A DNA stretch of 63,408 nt, filler included, from Octopus bimaculoides (GCF_001194135.2; 5 parts of 5 records of this genome joined end to end with filler, not necessarily neighbours in it); one strand, 5' to 3'; numbered from the whole stretch's first letter, positions 12,168 through 24,717 are shown. Translations and numbers: made by a program. Notes: a model not told the origin generated them from the letters alone.

Positions 12168-12408
12168 TTGGGTTGGTGCATAATTATTGTGGCTTTTCTT
12201 CAACAAATTTTCTTCAACAAAAACAATAACATGAAACAAAAACATCTTTAAATGATTATTCTGGAGCATATTCACCATCTACTTCAATTACTGCTTCCCA
12301 TTTGCTTGGTCAGACTATCATTTAAAGATGTTTTTGTTAAATATTGTTATAGCTTTTGTTCAATAAAATTTGTTGAAAAAAAGCCACAATAATTATGCAC
12401 CAACCCAA
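12168..12408. mobile_element. Tc1/mariner-derived MITE
   Basis: TA|ttgggttggtgcataattattgtggctttt ... aaaagccacaataattatgcaccaacccaa|TA. Long imperfect TIRs resembling the Hsmar1/MADE1 terminus; TA target duplication. Confidence 0.9.
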
Positions 12409-13586
12409 TATCAGTTTGTTATCAATAATGATGTAATGTTGCCCTAAACTGCCATGTAACCATAAAATTTGACTAAAAATTACTTTTTGTGTGATTGGAA
12501 CTTTAATAAAGAACTTTTTAAAAAATACTGGTCTGTTGTCTTTGATGAACTTTGGACAAGGTTTTTTTCATAACAGGCTGAGTGTAATGTCTGAAGAATG
12601 AGTGAGAGAGTGAATGAGGGAGTGAGTGAGTGAGTGAGTGATCGGATGGGTGAGTGAGTGTATATATATGCATATATGGGTACAGGAAGTCACAAAACGT
12701 AAACAATACGAAATACGAAAACATGAAATATGACAATAAAATTTTGTATGTGAACAATGAAAGAAACAAATGGAGAACAAGACAAGTAACATAAAGAACG
12801 ACCCTCTATCAGTTGTCGGCTGTTTTTCTACTCCAAATTCCAAGCAATTCATGACAATATGTGCCTTTGAGAAAACAGTTCCTCTTGCGAACCCAAATAA
12901 AATTTGGGATTTGTGGAGGGTCAAACTTGGTAACAAAAACAGGACAGTGAAAACAAACAATGAGGACCGCTAAGTCATATGAGGTAAGATGGTGAATGCT
13001 GGAGGAACAATCTGTGACAGGAGAAAAGATAGGGGAGGAGACAGACAAGAATGCATCTGGTCTGTGCGACAGACCAAAAGAAAAGAAAGATGATCAAGTG
13101 GGGAAAAGAAAGATGGATGATGGTCAAGTGTGAGCAACGAGAGAGAAGAACAAATAGAAAATGGTGAAGGGGAGAAAAAAGAATTAGAGAAAGGAAGAGA
13201 GAGAAGACGAAAGGGGGAGAGAGAAAGAACAGTACAGGGCAGATTCACATCAAAATTATTAAGATAAACTTACTTGGAAATGGGTGCATGGTGTTCAATC
13301 ACGTAATAATGTAAATAATATATACATAAACATATGTACATACTTACATATATATTTATATGCATATATGGGTGCAAGATGTCACAAAACGTAAACAACA
13401 TGAAATATATGTGCATATAGAAACATGTATATATATATAAACCTTCTTGGCAGTTGGCTATAATGATGCTACACCAGTCACTGGTTCTAACTCTCTCGTG
13501 GAGAACCTGGTTAACTATATGGGTCACTAGGTCCTATCCCACTTGGCCAGATATTTTAAAAATCTCATCAGTGATTCTTGATGGGG

Positions 13587-13669
<83 letters not shown>

Positions 13670-13673
<4 letters not shown>

Positions 13674-14175
13674 ATTAGGGACAAAATCCAAAATTACAGG
13701 TAAAAACTCAATTCAAATCAATTTATAAAATATTAAAATTAAATTGAGCTTTATAGATTATAATATATAAAAATATATAGTCTTAGGGAAAAGAACCAAG
13801 GTTCATGAACTCATCGATGAAAATCCACTGCCACATATAGAAAAATTAATAACTAAAAGCACATTAATGAGTATAATATAAAACAAAGTAAATATCATAA
13901 GATAAAGATAGTAAAATGACTACACGTGTTTGAAACACGTGTAGTCATTTTACTATCTTTTACTCATTTTACTCATTTATTGTGCTTTTAATTATTAATT
14001 TTTCTATATGTGATAGTGGATTTTCATCGATGAGTTCTTGAAACTTGGTTCTTTTCCATAAAACTATATATTTATATATATATATTACAATAAAAATTTT
14101 AATTTTGGACATAGAGTTACCAAAAGGTTACATATCCATGAAGGCCAAAGCCGTTTGGACAGCTCGTCAGACTCT
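13670..14175. mobile_element. Penelope-like terminal repeat with fold-back inversion and hammerhead half-sites
   Basis: Start resembles 7430-7530. Perfect 28-bp arms (13904-13931 and 13933-13960) contain GAAACACGTGTAGTC; the imperfect inversion extends to about 13775 and 14080. Confidence 0.65.
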
Positions 14176-14474
14176 ATACAAAGACAAAAAATTTAAACTT
14201 TTTACGATGACTAGACAAACAATTCACACACACACATAGTTACAGGCAATTATTTAACAGGCACAACCTAAGGGTCTCCTCTAGTGCACCTAACATAAAA
14301 AGCATTTTAACAAGCACCCACAATACACGAGAGGAGACAGGTTGCTCTTTCAGGATATATAATAACTGTCCAGTAGGAAGCTGATGCAAGGCTGAAGGAG
14401 TCATCTATGAAGCTACGAACATCAAGTGCATGTGTTTTTCATTGGCTAAACTGGCAACATGGCCATCCCCAAAT

Positions 14475-14506
<32 letters not shown>

Positions 14507-14689
14507 GTTCAATATACACATAATTTTTCATGTCTGGCCGTATAGCCTTTTCCGTTTGTTTTCCTGTCTTGTTTTCTGTCCGCCACTACATTCCTCCATG
14601 GTACAAATTTAATTTGTGTATACAAATTTAATTTGTGCTCCGTGGGAAGAGCCATTTTAACGATGCGTCCTGCCCTAACTCTTCGAAAC

Positions 14690-14890
14690 GCCTGTGTTAG
14701 AATGGGGACAGCTGATGAAGGAAAATGTTCTCTATGTGGCCTCTGTGTGTTCAGTACTCTGGTTATTATTATTTTTTTGTCTACATTTTGTTTGCAATGT
14801 CCTGTACCCAGATATGCACCTATATATACAGGTAGATGTAGGTATGCACATACTTGTACGTATATATGCATATACTCATTTATTATTTGT
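14690..14890 (+). mobile_element. Interspersed repeat, likely Penelope-like terminal repeat family
   Basis: cagctgatgaaggaa...gtcctgtacccagatatgcac recurs inverted at about 61040-61240; related pieces at 12650-12810 and 13330-13450. Confidence 0.6.
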
Positions 14891-15914
14891 TTTATATAAG
14901 CAGAGTGACTGAGAGTTTCGTGCACTGACACTTATCAAACTATTGTCAATGCACAAAACTCTTGGACCTTGAGAAATTGTAAATGAAAACAGCTTTGTGT
15001 AAGCTTCATAAAGTTGGGTCCCATGAGATGGATGCAATTTCTAACTCTCTCACTGCTATCAATATTGATAAGTGCTAAAACTGGTGTCTAGACTATGAGA
15101 AGTGCTTAAAAGCACATAGGAACAATGTTATCTTCTGAGAGGAATTTTTATTTACCTTCTCTCCTTGAACACCATTATCCTTTTTAACCCAGTACCTACC
15201 AGTGATCTCATATGAGATCACTTAAAAATTACAAATTTCGTAATTATCTGTCAATATTTACACATATCTAACCTTTTTGTTACATCTACTAGGTATATTT
15301 CTCTGATATTCAAATGAGGTTTGCTAATTTTTCACCCAATATCTCACTTATTTCTATTTAAAATGTTATTTTGAAATGTTATTTTGATCATTCCAGCGTG
15401 TTTCTAAGGCTGTTTTATGCTAGAAATCAAAGCTTCATAAAAAAAATTCCAGTTAATAGAATTATGGGAGGTAATGGGTTAATAATGATAATCCTTTTTA
15501 GTATAGGCACAAGGCCTGAAATTTTGAGGGAAGGGGCTAGTTGATTATATCAACCCCAGTGGGTAACTGGTACTTATTTTATTATCGACCCTGAAAGGAT
15601 GAAAGGCACAGTCAACCTCAGCAGAATTTGAACTCAGAACATAAACCCAGAAAGAATGCCATAAAGCATTCTGCTCAGCATGCTAATGATTCTTGTTGCC
15701 TAACCATTATATATAATTATTTCAGATTTTGTGACAAGAGCAGCTTGGGTGAGGTGGGGACTACATCGACCCTGAAACGATGAAAGGCAAAGTCGACCTT
15801 GGCAGAATTTGAACTCAGAATGTAGCGACAGACAAAATACCACTAAACGTTTCATCAAGCCTACTAACAATTCTGTCAGCTCACCACCTTTTAACCATTA
15901 TATATAATAATAAG

Positions 15915-16290
15915 TGTCTTACTAGCTCCTGGAGCACCATTTTCTATAATACTTGTCTGACTATCTCCCTAAATGCCATTATCTAAAATAAGTATTTTTC
16001 CAAGTTCCCTAATCACCATTGTCTATATTAGGTGTTAGCCAAGCTCCCTAAACATAATTGTCTATAAATGATTTGTCTATCTACCTAAACACCAATGTCT
16101 ATGACATTTATAGATCTAGTTCCCTAAAGCATCTGACTCTAGAATGGGTGTTTGTCTAGCTCCCTAAATACCATTGTCTATATTGGGTATTTGTCTAGCT
16201 CCCTAAATACCATTATCTATATTGGGTGCTTGTCTAGCACCATAAATACCATTGTTTATAATAAGTGTTTGTCTAGCTCCTAAAATACCA
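15915..16290 (+). repeat. 39-bp minisatellite array
   Basis: About 8-9 degenerate copies of ctccctaaataccattgtctatattgggtatttgtctag. Confidence 0.85.
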
Positions 16291-16611
16291 TCTATATTAT
16301 AATAGGAAATTCATCCATCTATCCATCCAACCAACAGTCCAAAACTGTATAAGGGACTGAAATGCACAATTTGGGTGGAGGCAGGGCAAAAATTCAAATC
16401 GGAATAACAGACCTAAATTTGATGAGTTATAATCAAAAATACTTTTGGCGACTTTATCAGTCCATTGGAATTTGTGTACCTGTTTAGCATATTATTACGA
16501 CTCAAAATCTAAATATTTCAATTCACTTAGTGGTGCGGTGTTTAACAGCCATTCATATAAGAATAGCCATTATCGTAAAACAGCCAGTGTTTACTTTTTG
16601 TTATCAGTTTT

Positions 16612-16840
16612 CATCATCATCATCATCGTCGTTTTACGTCCGTTTTCCATGCTAGCATGGGTTGGACGATTTGACTGAGGACTGGTGAAACCAGATGGCT
16701 ACACCAGGCTCCAATCTGATTTGGCAGAGTTTCTACAGCTGGATGCCCTTCCTAACGCCAACCACTCAGAGAGTGTAGTGGGTGTTTTTACGTGTCACCC
16801 GTACGAAGGCCAGTCAGGCGGTACTGGCAACGGCCACCGT
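16612..16840 (-). mobile_element. Family D retroposon (GAT-tailed SINE or non-autonomous LINE end)
   Basis: Reverse complement of cactacactctcggagtggttggcgttaggaagggcatccagctgtagaaactctgcc...ccatgctagcatggaaagcggacgttaaacgatgatg. Confidence 0.85.
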
Positions 16841-17283
16841 TTTTGTGTATTTTCACAACTCAACATCTCCTACTGGTAAGTATTTCAATTCGCTTAGTTC
16901 ATTAAAGAATAACCATCATACAACAGCCAGCGTTCACTTTTTAAGAGTGCACACTATCACCGGTTAATAATAAGTCATTCATTAGATAAAGTATGATTTC
17001 CTCGTGTGAACACACATGATCAACAGCACATACCAGGTACCAGGTAAGGTGTGTGGCTAGCGTAACAGTAAATACCCATCGTGCAACAGCCAGTGTTCAT
17101 TTCTTTGGCTTGATCAAATTTTCGGGTTTTATTTTCAAAGCAACAAACAAAATAAAACAAAACAAATTTTAAATTTTCACTCTCAACTGTAGGTCATGTG
17201 ATTTGGTCTGTCTGTTTGCCACAGCCAACTGCAATCCTGTGCATAGCACAGCTAGAACACAAGGGCTAAGTAGCTGTGAAGCA

Positions 17284-17775
17284 GCTAGTTGTCTATAATG
17301 GGTGTTTGTCTAGCTCCCTAAATACATAGTCTATATTGGGTGATTTTAGCTCCCTAAATACTTTTGTCTATAATGGGTGTTTGTCTAGCTCCCTAAATAA
17401 CATTGTCTAGATTGGGTATTTGTCTAGTAACCTAAATACCATTGTCTATAATGGGTGTTTCTCTAGCTCCCAAAATGCTATTGTCTATAATGGGCGTTTG
17501 TCTAGCTCCCAAAATGCCATTGTCTATATTAGGTGTTTGTCTAGCTTCTTAAACACCTATTGTGGACAATGGGTGTTTGCTTAGCACCCTAAATGTCCTT
17601 GTTTAGAATGCAACCATAAAACTCCTGCTCCTAATTATATCTGTGGACATCTGTGAACTGATCCCAATCAATCCACCCCTTCATATATAAGCTAAACTTT
17701 AATAATATTTATGTTATTGAAAAACATGTGACATTTTTCTCATAAATTCCTCCTGTAGCTAATTATAGGATATTT
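17284..17775 (-). repeat. Right arm of inverted segmental repeat: 39-bp array (17284-17600) plus unique block
   Basis: About 8 copies of the 39-bp unit, then a block whose reverse complement matches 535-720. Confidence 0.8.
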
Positions 17776-18556
17776 TTCTTTGTAAATATTCTTTTCACCT
17801 GCAACTGCATTCAAACTAATTCCAGCCACGACCTTGCAGCATTGTTACTGACATGGTCTATTTACAATTTTACAAAGTTTGATATTCAAAAATGAGGTAA
17901 GTTTAAACCTCAGTGTCATTGACTCTGTATTCCAACAGGTCATGTGACTGCATCTAAGCTTCCCTGTTGACTTTATGTCCTTGATGACTGTGAGTGTTAT
18001 GTAACACTATTATTTACCTTATTTAGATCCATTGAACCATTGAGTTTCGTTGTTTGTCAGTGACAATGGAATATCTGTTACCTGTAAAAATGCAACTTGC
18101 ATTTTCAACTTTCTCTATTTTTAGTAGGAAATTAAGTAGAGGTCATAGGGTTTATAACGTAAAAGTGTCTCAAAATATGTTGGTCATTGCTGTAATGATC
18201 CTCATATATTGAACATTGGTGCTAAAAACACTGTTTATGTAATAACCAAGTTCAATGAAAGTAAAATTGATCATAAAATTAATTAAAATCGTTTAAATGT
18301 TTCAGTTTGATTGCCAGAGATTTCAGTTTTGGTATTTCTCTTCCAAGACTCTACAAACATTTAGAAGCGTTGAGATGTATTGAAAGATACAGATATGGAA
18401 ATAATTTTATTCTCAATAATTTTATTATCTTTCAATACATTTCAACACTTCTAAAGCAAACTTTGTTGACTTTCAACGTAAGTTGAATTTAATGTACAAT
18501 AGTGTCTTATAAAGCTAGATTTATATATCCTAAAATTGCAGAAGAACTTGTCGCTG

Positions 18557-18628
18557 GGCAGTTTAGCTTAATGGTAAAGTACTTGATGCCTAATCACAGG
18601 GATGTGAGTTCGAGTCTCATGGCTGGCC
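18557..18628 (+). pseudogene. tRNA-Arg(CCT)-like sequence (pseudo-tRNA or SINE head)
   Basis: Folds as a cloverleaf: acceptor GGCAGTT/GGCTGGC (1 mismatch), D arm GCTT/AAGT, loop TGCCTAA, T arm GTGAG-TTCGAGT-CTCAT. Anticodon stem has only 3 of 5 pairs. Confidence 0.6.
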
Positions 18629-18756
18629 GCCGACAGATTTTCGTGCAAACTGTGGGTAGTTTATCCTGTTCATGCTATATTATTAGTATTATCTTGCATT
18701 TGCGAATAAAATTATTTCCTTATCTGCATCTTACATACATACACACACACACACAC

Positions 18757-19085
18757 ATGGCACTTGTGCCGGTGGCACGTGTAAAGACATTCGAGCGAGA
18801 TCGTTGCCAGTGCTGCTGGACTGGCTCCTGTGCAGGTGGCACATAAAATACACCATTTTGAGCGTGGCCGTTGCCAGTATCGCCTGACTGGCCTTCGTGC
18901 TGGTGACACGGAAAAGCACCTACTACACTCTCGTCGTGGTTGGCATTAGGAAGGCCATCCAGCTGTAGAAGCTCTACCAAATCAGATTGGAGCCTGGTGT
19001 AGCCCTCTGGTTCACCAGTCCTCAGTCAAATCGTCCAACCCATGCTAGCATGGAAAGCGGACGTTAAACGATGATGATGATGATG
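18757..19085 (+). mobile_element. Family D retroposon
   Basis: Same body and (GAT)n tail. Other copies at 26712-26870, 26885-27310, 29665-30122 and partial 19715-19800. Confidence 0.85.
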
Positions 19086-20299
19086 TCTACAGGTGATGAG
19101 ACGTGAGCATGCATCTAAAGGTAAATAATCAACTATTTTCAGTATTCTTGAAGCTAACAGCAACAATGGATCAACAAATATTATAGTCGTAAAACATATA
19201 TACATATATACACATACATACTAGCTCTATATTAATGATATTGAGTACTTGTTACTCAGACATATGAAACTTGGTTATTTACTTATAAAGGTATGTGTGT
19301 GTTCATGTTGGTAAGTATGTATGTATATGTGTATGTATGCATCCATGAATGATAGATGGAGAAAAGAGTTACTAGTTTATTAGTTGGCAGACAATTGGTA
19401 ATGTAACTGTATCCATATTTCAGAAGGTTGGCTTTGTTACACATAATCACAATGAAGATGACTAAGGTTGACTTTAAAGGTAAATATGACCATGGAGTAC
19501 TCAGCCACTTGGTAAATACAATGGGCAGATAATTCAATAGATATGACATTGTTATATGCATTGCCACTGTCGATGTAAAATGTATTTGTGCATATGTGTG
19601 TCTGAATGCATGTGTGTGTGTGTGTGTGTGTGTGTGCATGTGTGTAATGTGTGTGTACATGTAGTGATGTGTTTGTGTCTCTTTGTGTGGATGTGGATGT
19701 GGTGCAGTTCTCTGGCTTACCGGTTCCAGTCAAGCCGTCTAACCCATGGCAGCATGGAAAGCATATGTTAAATGATGACAACGGTCATGATAGTCATGAT
19801 GACGATGCTGATATACGATGAGCTTCTTTCAGTTTCCATCAACCAAATCCACTAATAAGGCATTGGTCAGTATAAGGCAATTGTAGAAAACACCTTATCG
19901 CGGTGCCACACCATGGAACTGAACCTGAATCCATATGATTGGGAAGCAAACTTCTTAACCCCACAGCCACACCAGGTAATAACTGTTTTAAAATAGATTT
20001 ACAATCACAGATTAACCTCCAGCCTCAGTTACCTCCAAGATAAAAAACGTCAGCATTTACTTGGTGGATATTCTTAATGCAGCCATTATTTTCCATATTT
20101 TTCAATCTGTTCCTGTTAATTCTTTAAACCTCCAACTGAGAATATTATAAATGGAGCTTATTACTGGAATATCTAAACGATTGTGTTAACTTATAACTTA
20201 TTTGACATCTGTCTTTTGTTTGTAGTTTATATTTTCACTAGCAGCCATGCCTGACCTTGTCTAGGTTTATTAAAATGTAAAATATATATATATACATAC

Positions 20300-20595
20300 A
20301 TACATGCACGTATTTATGTATGTATGTACGCATGTGTGTGTGTATGTATGTATGTATGTATGTATGTATGTATGTATGTATGTATACACACACACACACA
20401 TGCCATAATCACACATACTACATGTATAAATAAACTAAAATATATATGTATGTATGACAAGCACATATAGTATATACATATACATATATTAGATTATGCA
20501 ATATACACACACATTTATTGCATATATATGCATACAAGCATTTATGCATATATACATGTATGTATATACATGCATACAAACACATTAATGCATCA

Positions 20596-20661
<66 letters not shown>

Positions 20662-21062
20662 TTACATCCATATAAACTCTTACATATATACATCCAAATA
20701 CACACACATTCATACATCCAGACATCTGTCCATACATACATACATAAATGATGATATATATATATATATACATAAATACATGCATACATACACACACTTA
20801 CATACACATACACATGCATACATACTTACATACACACACACACATACACATAATACTTACACACACACACATACTTACACACATACACATACACACATAC
20901 ACATACATACATGCATACATACATATATGCATAAATACATATATAAATACAGGCATATATACATACTTACATACACACATACATTTATATGCACTTCCAT
21001 ACACACACATACGCATACATACATGCATACATTCGTTCATACATACATACATACATACATAC
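20300..21062. repeat. Compound (TA)/(CA)/(TACA) low-complexity tract
   Basis: Directly visible; similar tracts at 7965-8405, 41515-41850, 43070-44000, 48950-49190. Confidence 0.95.
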
Positions 21063-21307
21063 ACTATAATCAGAAAAATCCACTATATTTGGATAAACTG
21101 TCTTCAAAAAGCTTCTGACAATCTTCATTTGTTCCAAGAATACACATTCACTCAAAACTCAGAGAATTCCAGCAGTTCTGAACATGTTTCAAGTTGACTT
21201 TTATTTAAAAAAAAAAAAAATGAACAAAAAAATTCCACCAAAAACCAACAAAAATACAACCTAAAACAAAATCTAGTTTTCATCTTGCATTTTTTTTCTA
21301 TTTTCTA

Positions 21308-21690
21308 GGTGCAGACATGAGTGTGTGGTAAGAAGCTTGATTCCTAACCACATGGTTCTGGGTTCAGTTCCACTGTGTGGCACCTTGGAGAAGTGTTTTT
21401 ATACTACAACCTTAGGTTAATGGAAGCTTTGTAAGTGGATTTAGTAGATGGAAACTGAAAGAAGCCCTCGTATATGTGTTAAGTATGTGTGAGTGAATGT
21501 GTGTGTGTGTGTGTGTGTATCTATCTTTGTTCCAAACCACCATGTAACAATTGGTGTTTGTGTGTTTACATTCCCCCATAACTTAGCAGTTTAAGTAACA
21601 GACTTAAAAAAGAATCAGTACTGGGATAGATTCATTCAATTAAAATTCTTGAAAATGACAGTGGTTTGAGAACTGGAACAAGTAAAAGAA
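21308..21690 (+). mobile_element. Bipartite tRNA-derived SINE, family B (head + internal microsatellite + tail)
   Basis: Head gtgtggtaagaagcttg...ggttcagttccactg...ggaaactgaaagaagccc, then a (TG)n spacer, then tail ending actggaacaagtaaaaga. Confidence 0.8.
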
Positions 21691-22820
21691 AACGCATTTT
21701 GTTGTTTTAAAAAAAATTCTGATTTCATTTACATTATTTTTCCAGATTAATTATTTTGTACACTTTGTAAAGTGGTTGACCACAGAAAGGTCAACTGGCA
21801 TGTATTTTATCAACTCTCCAAAAGGATGAAAGGCAAAGTCGACCTCGGCAGAATCTGAGCTCAGAACATGAAGATGGGCAAAAATGCCACTAAGCATCTT
21901 GGTCAACATGTTAATTCTGCCAGCTTGCCACCTTTACTGCCCACAAGGGGCTAAACATAGAGGGGACAAACAAGGACAGACAAAGGGATTAAGTCGATAA
22001 CATCGACCCCAGTGCATAACTGGTACTTATCCGAAAGGATGAAAGGCAAAGTTGACCTCGGTGGAATTTGAACTCAGAACGTAACGGCAGACAAAATACC
22101 ACTAAGCACTTTGCCCGAAATGCTAACGATTCTATCAGCTCGCCGCCCTTCAACAATTAAAAGGAAGAATATATATAAATCACCAAAAAATTTTGATTGA
22201 AAATNNNNNNNNNNNNNNNNNNNNNNNNNNNNNNNNNNNNNNNNNNNNNNNNNNNNNNNNNNNNNNNNNNNNNNNNNNNNNNNNNNNNNNNNNNNNNNNN
22301 NNNNNNNNNNNNNNNNNNNNNNNNNNNNNNNNNNNNNNNNNNNNNNNNNNNNNNNNNNNNNNNNNNNNNNNNNNNNNNNNNNNNNNNNNNNNNNNNNNNN
22401 NNNNNNNNNNNNNNNNNNNNNNNNNNNNNNNNNNNNNNNNNNNNNNNNNNNNNNNNNNNNNNNNNNNNNNNNNNNNNNNNNNNNNNNNNNNNNNNNNNNN
22501 NNNNNNNNNNNNNNNNNNNNNNNNNNNNNNNNNNNNNNNNNNNNNNNNNNNNNNNNNNNNNNNNNNNNNNNNNNNNNNNNNNNNNNNNNNNNNNNNNNNN
22601 NNNNNNNNNNNNNNNNNNNNNNNNNNNNNNNNNNNNNNNNNNNNNNNNNNNNNNNNNNNNNNNNNNNNNNNNNNNNNNNNNNNNNNNNNNNNNNNNNNNN
22701 NNNNNNNNNNNNNNNNNNNNNNNNNNNNNNNNNNNNNNNNNNNNNNNNNNNNNNNNNNNNNNNNNNNNNNNNNNNNNNNNNNNNNNNNNNNNNNNNNNNN
22801 NNNNNNNNNNNNNNNNNNNN

Positions 22821-22859
<39 letters not shown>

Positions 22860-23197
22860 AGTGCATGCACAGCGGTTTGGTAAGATATTTGCTTCCCAAC
22901 CACATGGTTCTGGGTTCAGTCCCACTCCAGGGCACCTTTCAAGCCAATCAAAACTTTGTGAGTGGATTGGCAAATGGAAACTGAAAGAAGCTTGCTGTGT
23001 GCTTGCGTGCATGCGTGCGTGCGTTGAGCAAGTGTCTTCTGCTATAGCCTCGGGTCGACCAAATATAATATCAATATACATGAACCGTGACCCTTTTAAT
23101 ACCAACCCACATGAGACTTCCTACTTTCATAATCCTTTCTGCTAGAGCCACAAGTCTGGGGCTTAGGGCTAGTTGATTACATGGATTCCCAGTGCAA

Positions 23198-23520
23198 AAC
23201 TGAGTGGAGGTGTTTAGCTTAGTGGTTTAGGTGTTAGACTCACAATCGTAAGGTTCTGGTTTCAATTCCTGGGCCGGGTGATACAGTGTGCTCTTGAGCA
23301 AGACACTTCATTTAATGTTGCTGCTGTCCACTCAGTTAGCAAAAATAAGTAATTCTGCAACAAACTGGTTTCTCATCCAGGTGCAGAATAAATACGCCAT
23401 GAAACCAGGAAACTGTCCTTGTGAGTCTATAGTGGAGGTATGAGGCTAGGTGGTTAGGGGTGTTGGACTCACAATCATAAGATTGAGGTTTCAATTCCTG
23501 AATTGGGTGATGCACTGTGT
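23198..23520 (+). mobile_element. tRNA-derived SINE, family E (two heads in tandem)
   Basis: tggaggtgtttagcttagtggtttagg...gtttcaattcctg, then ctcttgagcaagacacttcattt...tccactcag. Second head at about 23432-23520; reverse copy at about 36240-36410. Confidence 0.65.
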
Positions 23521-23524
23521 TATT

Positions 23525-23950
23525 TTTCTTTTATTTGTTTGTCAATTGACTGCGGCCATGCTGGAGCACTGCCTTTAGTCAAACAAATTGACTCCAGGAC
23601 TTATTCTTTGTAAGCCTAATACTTATTCTCTTGATTTCTTTTGCCAAACAGCTAAGTTACGGGAACGTAAACACACCAACATCAGTTGTCAAGCAATGGT
23701 GGATGGACAAACACAAATACAAAGTTATATACATATATATGTACGACGGGCTTCTTTCAGTTTCCATCTACCAAATCTACTCACAAGGCTATGGTCAGCC
23801 CGAGGCTATGGTCAGCCTGAGGCTATGGTCAGCCCGAGGCTATGGTCAGCCCAAGGCTATAGTAGAAAACACTTACCCAAGGTGCCACGCAGTGGGACTG
23901 AACCCAGAACCATGTGACAAGCTTCTTACCACACACCCACTCCTGCACCT
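23525..23950 (-). mobile_element. Family B SINE, full length, with internal 4x17-bp expansion
   Basis: Tail 23530-23720, head 23745-23945; aggctatggtcagcccg repeated 4 times at 23786-23853. Confidence 0.85.
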
Positions 23951-24674
23951 ATATATAAATGTATGTATGTATGTGTGTGTATATATATATATATNNNNNN
24001 NNNNNNNNNNNNNNNNNNNNNNNNNNNNNNNNNNNNNNNNNNNNNNNNNNNNNNNNNNNNNNNNNNNNNNNNNNNNNNNNNNNNNNNNNNNNNNNNNNNN
24101 NNNNNNNNNNNNNNNNNNNNNNNNNNNNNNNNNNNNNNNNNNNNNNNNNNNNNNNNNNNNNNNNNNNNNNNNNNNNNNNNNNNNNNNNNNNNNNNNNNNN
24201 NNNNNNNNNNNNNNNNNNNNNNNNNNNNNNNNNNNNNNNNNNNNNNNNNNNNNNNNNNNNNNNNNNNNNNNNNNNNNNNNNNNNNNNNNNNNNNNNNNNN
24301 NNNNNNNNNNNNNNNNNNNNNNNNNNNNNNNNNNNNNNNNNNNNNNNNNNNNNNNNNNNNNNNNNNNNNNNNNNNNNNNNNNNNNNNNNNNNNNNNNNNN
24401 NNNNNNNNNNNNNNNNTATATATATACATACATATACACACATGCATTTACATACACACACATACATATATAAGTATGTATATGTATACATAATATAGTG
24501 AAGAATTTAACAGAAGAATGGTTTAAAAGTAATAATTAAATTTCTTCATGTCTAAGAATAAAATTTCATTTGCATAAAATTTCCATTATCAATTTAAATA
24601 CTTTTTCAGAAAGACCTCTTTACAAAAGACAATGAAAACATGTAACAACATTTCTACCAAATTAGAGTGACATT

Positions 24675-24717
<43 letters not shown>

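Noticed and set aside
14675-14725. GAAA upstream of CTGATGA as a possible type-II hammerhead
   Set aside because: No consistent NUH triplet with stems I and III can be built, and stem II is at most 3 bp.
16676-16695. CTGAGGA-ctggt-GAAA within family D
   Set aside because: Only 5 nt between the core halves, too short for stem II.
15915-17600. 39-bp repeats as a CRISPR-like array or a 13-aa coding repeat
   Set aside because: Units abut with no unique spacers, the context is eukaryotic, and stops occur across the array.
18013-18080. Minus-strand tttttacag...gtaaat exon-like interval of 64 nt
   Set aside because: Stops in all three frames and no supporting context.
18712-18909. Similar ORFs MSPARRPVRRYWQRP... 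here and at 29706-29951, suggesting a gene family
   Set aside because: Both are antisense translations of family D retroposon copies.
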